A DNA stretch of 62,018 nucleotides, taken from Ignavibacteria bacterium. GTDB taxonomy: Bacteria > Bacteroidota > Ignavibacteria > Kapaibacteriales > UBA2268. The position numbers were made by a program, and so were the translations under genes. Location of the stretch: the NCBI GenBank assembly GCA_026415495.1, contig JAOAGZ010000003.1, positions 1 to 62,018 of the forward strand. Direction: 5' to 3'. Below are positions 56,498 to 62,018 of this stretch, one piece after another. The first letter of the stretch is position 1. Each line of letters begins with the position of its first letter. A model generated the notes under the pieces. The model was not told the origin of the DNA and searched no databases. It saw nothing but the letters and a program-made list of their open reading frames with translations.

Positions 56498-57786
56498 TTT
56501 GCTGGATATTCAACGTGTAAATCATATTCTTCTGCACGAAAAACTTTTGCTTTAATAATCACACCCGGCAAAAACTTTTTATTGGATTTTATTATAACAC
56601 CATTGTCAATCTCAGGTGCATCGAATTGAGTTCTACCAATATAAAATTTCTTATTTTCGTCATCATCGATAATTACTTCAATTGTTTTGCCAATAAACGA
56701 TTTATTACGTTCAAGCGAGATTTGCTGCTGTAATCGCATAATTTTATCTAACCTTTCATCCTTAACTTCTTGTGAAACTGGATCGCCAAGAGGATAAGCT
56801 GTTGTTCCCTCTTCTGGAGAATAGGCAAACACTCCAAGCCTTTCAAATCGTTGTTCCTCAACAAAGCTATATAGTTCTTCGAAATCTTGCTCTGTTTCTG
56901 TGGGATAACCTACAATAAAAGTTGTCCGAATAGCCACATTGGGAATAGTATCCCTAATTTCTTTGATTAGATCAATAATATTCTCTTTTGTGGCTCTTCG
57001 CTTCATAGAATGGAGCACGTTATTTGAAATATGCTGCAAGGGCAAATCAATATATTTACAGATATTTTCGTGTTGAGCTATGACTTTCAAAACTTCTTTC
57101 GGAAAATTTGTTGGATATGTGTAAAGAAGACGAATCCATTTAAATTCAAAATTTTCTGCTAAATTATTGAGCAAAATTGGCAATTTATATGTTCCATAAA
57201 TATCTTTTCCATAATAAGTTGTATCCTGAGCAATAATATTTAGTTCCTGAACACCTTGTTTCGATAAATCTTTTGCTTCTTTTAATATTTCTTCAATATC
57301 TCGGGAACGATATTTCCCTTTAATTAACGGTATCGCACAAAATGAACAACGATGGTTGCATCCCTCTGAAATCTTCAGATAACTGTAATGCGGTGGTGTC
57401 ATCAAAAGACGGCTATAATCAGATACGAATTTTTTCCCAAAAGAAGCAACAATTTGTTTATAGGGTTCAATGCCAAAAACTTCATCAATTTGCAATATTT
57501 GATTTTTTAAATCAGGATAGCGTTGAGTTAGACAACCGAACACAACGAGTTTTTTAATTTTGTTTTTACGGCGTAATTCAGCCATCTGAAGAATTAATTG
57601 TATGCTTTCTTCTTTTGCGGGCTTAATAAAACCACAAGTATTAATTATTACTGCATCCGCTTCATTCAGATTATTTGTTAATTCAAACTGCTTACCATCC
57701 AAAATTCCTGCAAGACGTTCGCTATCAACTAAATTTTTATTACAGCCTAATGTAAGAATTGCTATTTTGTTTATTTCGTTGTTCAC
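56494..57786 (-). CDS. rimO: Ribosomal protein S12 methylthiotransferase
   Basis: 430 aa with an N-terminal UPF0004 domain (LGCNKNLVDSE), the radical-SAM motif CNHRCSFC and a C-terminal TRAM domain. Its 3-prime end overlaps the mraY 3-prime end by 4 nt (convergent genes). Confidence 0.88.
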   Translation of the reverse strand: MNNEINKIAILTLGCNKNLVDSERLAGILDGKQFELTNNLNEADAVIINTCGFIKPAKEESIQLILQMAELRRKNKIKKLVVFGCLTQRYPDLKNQILQIDEVFGIEPYKQIVASFGKKFVSDYSRLLMTPPHYSYLKISEGCNHRCSFCAIPLIKGKYRSRDIEEILKEAKDLSKQGVQELNIIAQDTTYYGKDIYGTYKLPILLNNLAENFEFKWIRLLYTYPTNFPKEVLKVIAQHENICKYIDLPLQHISNNVLHSMKRRATKENIIDLIKEIRDTIPNVAIRTTFIVGYPTETEQDFEELYSFVEEQRFERLGVFAYSPEEGTTAYPLGDPVSQEVKDERLDKIMRLQQQISLERNKSFIGKTIEVIIDDDENKKFYIGRTQFDAPEIDNGVIIKSNKKFLPGVIIKAKVFRAEEYDLHVEYPAN

Positions 57787-57875
57787 AATAAACCATCATA
57801 TAAATATTAAAAAATAAATATACTAAAAATATATATATTTCCAAAACAATATGAGGAATCTAATTAGTGTGGTCT

Positions 57876-58178
57876 CTAAAAATAGTTTATTGGAATTTGA
57901 AGCGTCAAAAAATTTACCGTATCTACATAATTACATTTATGACTTGCATCTGCAAAGATACCATAAAAATAATATCCAGCTATTATTCCTGATAATATCA
58001 TCAATAGGATTTTTACTCTTTCAGAAACTTTGAAAAAACTAATCCCTAAAAATACAAGAAAAAATTGCCATACATAATTTGTAAAGTTGAAACTTATTGG
58101 AATTACATAATTATTAATTATACTAATCAGTCCTAATGAAATAAAGAAAGTTCCCAACAATATACTTGATTTTCTCAT
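57876..58178 (-). CDS. Hypothetical small membrane protein
   Basis: 100 aa with three hydrophobic helices, directly downstream of the PspC-domain gene on the same strand. Confidence 0.4.
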   Translation of the reverse strand: MRKSSILLGTFFISLGLISIINNYVIPISFNFTNYVWQFFLVFLGISFFKVSERVKILLMILSGIIAGYYFYGIFADASHKCNYVDTVNFLTLQIPINYF

Positions 58179-58186
58179 AACTGATT

Positions 58187-58612
58187 TTAACTTTTCTTAG
58201 AAAACAATAATAAAACACCAATAATTATTAGGATGATTGAAAAAAAGATACCGCTATCCCAAATCGGGATAAATTCATTAACAAAAAACAATAACCCTAT
58301 CGCAATAAGAATAATTCCAAATACAGTTCGACTTTGAGGTTTGTTCGAATTAATTTCCGACAAGTCTTCTGCCTCAGTAACTGGAATAAAATCATTCGAA
58401 AAAATTGGTTTAGGACGTTCAGGTACAATAATCCAAAATATAATGTATGCAATAAAACCTACTGCATAAGAAATTGTCGTAATTATAAATAAGGCACGAA
58501 CAAGCACTGGATCAATATCAAAGTACTCGGCAATTCCTCCGCAAACTCCGGCGATTTTTTTATCAATATATGAGCGATATAATTTTTTTGTCATAATAAT
58601 ATTCCTTATCAC
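58187..58612 (-). CDS. PspC domain-containing membrane protein
   Basis: KLYRSYIDKKIAGVCGGIAEYFDIDPVLVRALFII is the PspC domain signature, followed by TM helices. The start is likely at the internal MTKKLYRS. Confidence 0.8.
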   Translation of the reverse strand: MIRNIIMTKKLYRSYIDKKIAGVCGGIAEYFDIDPVLVRALFIITTISYAVGFIAYIIFWIIVPERPKPIFSNDFIPVTEAEDLSEINSNKPQSRTVFGIILIAIGLLFFVNEFIPIWDSGIFFSIILIIIGVLLLFSKKS

Positions 58613-58660
58613 GTATTCTATTTGATATACGTAACGAACACAAACTATGTTTCAAAAAAA

Positions 58661-59473
58661 TTAGAAATTTAGTTCTAAAACAACCGGGCAATGATCAGAA
58701 CCTAAAATTTGCGGTAACTGGCGAGCATTCTTTACAAATGGAACTAAATCATTTGAAATAAGATGATAATCTATTCTCCAGCCAATATTTCTTTTGCGAG
58801 AATTGGCTCGATTGCTCCACCAGGTATAATGTCCACCTTCTTTGATAAACAACCGGAATGCATCAGTAAAACCAGCCTCGAAATACTCTTCCATTTTATC
58901 ACGTTCAATTTTTAAAAATCCAGAAGTGTTTTCATTTTCTTTTGGATTAGCAAGATCAATTTCTGTTCGTGCAGTATTAAAGTCACCCATAATAATTACT
59001 GAACGACCTTTCGCCAAAATTTGTTTTACATACCCCAAAAGAGCATCATAAAATTCAAGTTTATAGTCTAATCGTGGGTCGTCTGTATATCCTTTTGGAA
59101 AGTATACATTAAATAAAACAAATTTATTAAAGTCAGCTTCTATAATCCTACCTTCATCATCAAATCTTGGAATACCTATCTCGAGATTTACATTTTTGGG
59201 TTCAATTTTCGAAAAAAGAGCTACACCACTATATCCTTTTTTTACTTTACAGGGATTATAGAAAGCTATATAGCCCGGTGGCACTCTAAGATGGTCAGCG
59301 ATTTGCTCGGGATTTGCTTTTATTTCTTGCAAACCAATAATATCAGGCTTTTCTTCTTCAATAAAACTAAACAAATTATTCTCAAAAGAAACGTTATCAA
59401 GGCGAATACTTTTATTCTGCCCTGTAATTGCTCTATAACCATTCACATTCCAGGTAACGATTTTCATTTGCAA
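58661..59473 (-). CDS. xth: Exodeoxyribonuclease III
   Basis: 270 aa with MKIVTWNVNG, LQEIK, GDFN and C-terminal SDHCPV motifs. Confidence 0.9.
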   Translation of the reverse strand: MQMKIVTWNVNGYRAITGQNKSIRLDNVSFENNLFSFIEEEKPDIIGLQEIKANPEQIADHLRVPPGYIAFYNPCKVKKGYSGVALFSKIEPKNVNLEIGIPRFDDEGRIIEADFNKFVLFNVYFPKGYTDDPRLDYKLEFYDALLGYVKQILAKGRSVIIMGDFNTARTEIDLANPKENENTSGFLKIERDKMEEYFEAGFTDAFRLFIKEGGHYTWWSNRANSRKRNIGWRIDYHLISNDLVPFVKNARQLPQILGSDHCPVVLELNF

Positions 59474-59485
59474 TCCCTTTATGGA

Positions 59486-60130
59486 TTATGGATAAAGCCT
59501 ATCTATTTGCCAATCACCCTGTGGTAATAATGCATAGCGAAAACGATCGTGGAGACGACTGGGCCGTCCTTGCCAGAATTCGAATTGCTCAGGAATTAGT
59601 CGGTAACCACCCCAATGAGGTGGAAGAGGAACGTTTGTTGGGTATTTAAGCATTAGCATAGCTACTTTTCTCATTAATGAAAATCGAGACTTCAATACTT
59701 TGCTTTGCTCGGAAGCCCATGCTCCAAGACGACTTGTATATGGACGCGATTGAAAGTATTGGTTGGATTCTTCAGCTGTCAATTTTTCGATTCTACCTTC
59801 AATACGAACCTGCCTTTCAAATTTATCCCAGAAAAACAGCATTGCTGCATTGGGATTTATTTGTAACTCCTGCCCCTTTCTACTTTCATAGTTTGTGTAA
59901 AAAACAAAGCCTCGTTCATCAAAACCTTTAAGCAACAGAATTCGCGAGGATGGTTTTCCTTCACCGTTTACAGTTGATAAAGCAAAAGCATTTGGATCCG
60001 CAAAATCACCTTCCAAAGCTTGATTGAACCAAATTTCAAATTGTTCAAATGGATTTTTATTAATTGTTTTTTCATCAAGCTTGAATTTGCCATAATCATG
60101 ACGTATTGAAGATATATCTTTTTCTACCAT
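59486..60130 (-). CDS. pdxH: Pyridoxamine 5-prime-phosphate oxidase
   Basis: 214 aa with RILLLKGFDERGFVFYTNYESRKG, RVRIEG, EFWQGRPSRLHDR and a terminal ..RLYP. Confidence 0.9.
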   Translation of the reverse strand: MVEKDISSIRHDYGKFKLDEKTINKNPFEQFEIWFNQALEGDFADPNAFALSTVNGEGKPSSRILLLKGFDERGFVFYTNYESRKGQELQINPNAAMLFFWDKFERQVRIEGRIEKLTAEESNQYFQSRPYTSRLGAWASEQSKVLKSRFSLMRKVAMLMLKYPTNVPLPPHWGGYRLIPEQFEFWQGRPSRLHDRFRYALLPQGDWQIDRLYP

Positions 60131-60406
60131 CGATTAACTATTCCTATAATTTTATAGTAAGCAAAAATAATAAATATTACCGACTTCATCAACCTATTGT
60201 TATCATTACTCCATCGGATTCTAAGAATTAATTAGCGAATTTCGCTTTAAGACTTGTAGCACCTAATTTGAGAGTAAATACAGATAGATCTATTAAATTC
60301 TTTTTTTTTACAAAATATTACAAAGAATTTTTTCAAATAAAAAATTAGTAAAAAGAATCTTTAAAAATAAAGAAAAAGCAGAATATTAATTAAGCAAGGA
60401 TATTTA

Positions 60407-60853
60407 TTATTTTTTAATAAATTGAGAACAAACGTAATATACAGAGCCATTTTCATCTATTTCAGGGATCAGAAAGCCGTTTTTTGTAAGTTGTTCAAGT
60501 GCATAATTTGCTTCTGCAAGTGATAAACCTGTTTTTAAACTTAAAGTAGCGGCATTAATAACATTTTCATTTTCTGCTATGCATCGCAAAACAAGCTGTT
60601 CATATTTTCGCAGAACTCCAAAATTATCATATGATTTATATTTTTTTCGCATTTTGTGACCAAAATAAAAAGGCACCAGCCCAAATAAGGCACCTACCAA
60701 AATAAAAGGACCTGTCAGTCCTATATCCTTTTCAATCAATGAGAAAATAACTAAAAAAATACCATAAAAGATATTTACAATGCCAACCACCCAAAGAAGA
60801 TTAGCAAAAAACTTATAAAAAACAGATTTACCTTTAAAAATTACTTCAGGCAT
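60407..60853 (-). CDS. Hypothetical membrane protein with a C-terminal winged-helix-like domain
   Basis: 148 aa with two N-terminal TM helices and a soluble tail. No family recognised. Confidence 0.45.
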   Translation of the reverse strand: MPEVIFKGKSVFYKFFANLLWVVGIVNIFYGIFLVIFSLIEKDIGLTGPFILVGALFGLVPFYFGHKMRKKYKSYDNFGVLRKYEQLVLRCIAENENVINAATLSLKTGLSLAEANYALEQLTKNGFLIPEIDENGSVYYVCSQFIKK

Positions 60854-61003
60854 AAATATGAACCTTTAGTTTTTTCGGCAAATTTAGAATAAAAAAAAAT
60901 TAAAAAAAAGTACTTTTTTACGAAAAAATATTTGCTTTTTTAAAAAATATGCCGTAATTTTGTATCCTCATTAATGATGATTGTTCTTTGATTTCGAAAT
61001 AAT

Positions 61004-61077
61004 TCCTGAGTAGCTCAGCTGGTTAGAGCATCTGACTGTTAATCAGAGGGTCGGGGGTTCAAGTCCCTCCTCAGGAG
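61004..61077 (+). tRNA. tRNA-Asn (anticodon GTT)
   Basis: I folded the cloverleaf by hand: acceptor TCCTGAG/CTCAGGA, D-arm GCTC/GAGC, anticodon stem TCTGA/TCAGA with loop CTGTTAA, T-arm GGGGG-TTCAAGT-CCCTC, discriminator G. No CCA is encoded. Confidence 0.9.
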
Positions 61078-61085
61078 CAAAGAAA

Positions 61086-61119
61086 AGCCTTGAAAATATA
61101 TATTTTCAAGGCTTTTTTT
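61086..61119 (+). terminator. Rho-independent terminator after tRNA-Asn
   Basis: AGCCTTGAAAATA-TA-TATTTTCAAGGCT is followed by TTTTTT. Confidence 0.7.
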
Positions 61120-61256
61120 GTTAATAATCTATTATCGTTTTCCTTTCATATTATATTATCTTTTTTACGTATTCTTATCAAGTTGGGGACATTTTGGGGA
61201 CAATCTTTTTTATATTATAAGAATTTATTTATAACATCATTACAAAATACAAAAAA

Positions 61257-61280
61257 CTGCCTCTCAAAGTTGAGAGGCAG
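61257..61280 (-). terminator. Terminator downstream of the partial T9SS cargo gene
   Basis: CTGCCTCTCAA-AG-TTGAGAGGCAG is followed on the minus strand by TTTTTTG. Confidence 0.65.
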
Positions 61281-61305
61281 CTTTTGATTGTTATGTTCAG
61301 TAATA

Positions 61306-62018
61306 TTATTTCACTATCACAACGTTATGAACAGCAGTTTCACCGTTTCCAGAAACTCGTAAGAAGTAATTGCCACTTGGCAATTGACCAGTTGCGTTAG
61401 ATAATTCTATCATAAAGTTATGAGAACCTGTATTTAAGTTCACGTTATTAACATAAACTGTTTCACCAATTACATTTACAAGTTCAACACGATACAAACC
61501 AGCGTTTTCAACATCAAGAACAAACGAAATTCTATCAGTTGCAGGATTTGGAGTTACAGAAGAAATCTGCAATGAAGTTGCAACTTCAATTTCGTCGGCA
61601 TCTTTACGTGAAGTCTGACGAGTACGTGGATTGTTTGCTAATAACTCTGAAAAAGTATTGTAAATAATTGTTCCACCGTTTTGGTTATATTCAAATACGT
61701 GGAATGTGTAATTTTGTAAGCGTTCAAGACCTGTTACAGTAACCGGTCCATTACCAGTTCCATTGTAAACTACATAATAATCATTACCATCAACTGTATG
61801 TTTAGTACTTGCATTGCCAAATAATGGATCTGCATTATAATAAACATTATTTTGAGGAACGAAAGCAATTGCAGGCCAGCTACCTTGTTTAGTAGCTACT
61901 ACAATGCGACCGTTACCATTACCATTAGTCCAGTTGAATGTAATTTGTGTACGACCCCAGTTAATCCAATTGATTTGAGTAGCTTGATTTGGCAGAGTAA
62001 CAACGTAGAGTGTAGCAA
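61306..62018 (-). CDS. Secreted protein with T9SS C-terminal sorting domain; 5-prime end beyond the window
   Basis: The track lists only 61306-61572, from the first in-frame start codon (a TTG). My translation shows the frame stays open to base 62018 (..NGGTIIYNTFSELLANNPRTRQTSRKDADEIEVATSLQISSVTPNPATDRISF..). The C-terminal ..GNYFLRVSGNGETAVHNVVIVK is CTD-like. Confidence 0.7.
   Translation of the reverse strand, partial: ATLYVVTLPNQATQINWINWGRTQITFNWTNGNGNGRIVVATKQGSWPAIAFVPQNNVYYNADPLFGNASTKHTVDGNDYYVVYNGTGNGPVTVTGLERLQNYTFHVFEYNQNGGTIIYNTFSELLANNPRTRQTSRKDADEIEVATSLQISSVTPNPATDRISFVLDVENAGLYRVELVNVIGETVYVNNVNLNTGSHNFMIELSNATGQLPSGNYFLRVSGNGETAVHNVVIVK

Noticed and set aside
57851-58033. 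Plus-strand 60-aa ORF overlapping the 57876-58178 minus-strand ORF.
   Set aside because: The minus-strand product has three clear TM helices and is co-oriented with the adjacent PspC-domain gene. The plus-strand product has no supporting features.
1-62018. Search for CRISPR arrays, rRNA genes, and regularly spaced direct repeats.
   Set aside because: I found no repeat-spacer periodicity and no rRNA-like conserved blocks. The only RNA gene I could fold is tRNA-Asn.

Overview
AT-rich, densely coding bacterial contig fragment, about 50 genes. Several T9SS C-terminal sorting domains, a GWxTD protein and a DUF2723 protein point to the FCB group, possibly Ignavibacteria-like (inference only). The first 22 nt are untrimmed Nextera adapter, so this is a contig end from a short-read, probably metagenomic, assembly. 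Most of the window is housekeeping: rex with NuoE/NuoF-like genes, pepD, an ICDH/IPMDH-family dehydrogenase, aconitase, dut, ptsI-ptsH, clpX, rarA, valS, rpsA, dcp, mnmA, pfkA, nadK, mraY, rimO, xth, pdxH and tRNA-Asn. Two regions stand out. (1) 16.2-21.9 kb holds six same-strand redox genes: a 6-haem lipoprotein with a collagen-like tether, a Cyc2-like fused monohaem cytochrome/beta-barrel, a Tat-exported Rieske lipoprotein, a monohaem cytochrome c, and a membrane-anchored 13-haem cytochrome coupled to an FdnI/HydC-type cytochrome b. Together they look like a non-canonical outer-membrane-to-quinone electron conduit. (2) 42.0-49.9 kb is an accessory segment. It contains about 1 kb of non-coding AT-rich DNA and a visibly GC-richer 1.3-kb phage-derived fragment. 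That fragment carries a 5-prime-truncated MuF-type polymorphic toxin, a putative immunity gene and three stacked perfect hairpins. The segment also carries a three-gene T9SS cargo/outer-membrane operon and repeated copies of the palindrome TCATC[C/G]GATGA. Other oddities are a C10 tract replacing a conserved motif inside mraY (probably an artefact) and a decayed CheR/PAS-type gene remnant. I saw no CRISPR array, rRNA, integrase or transposase.
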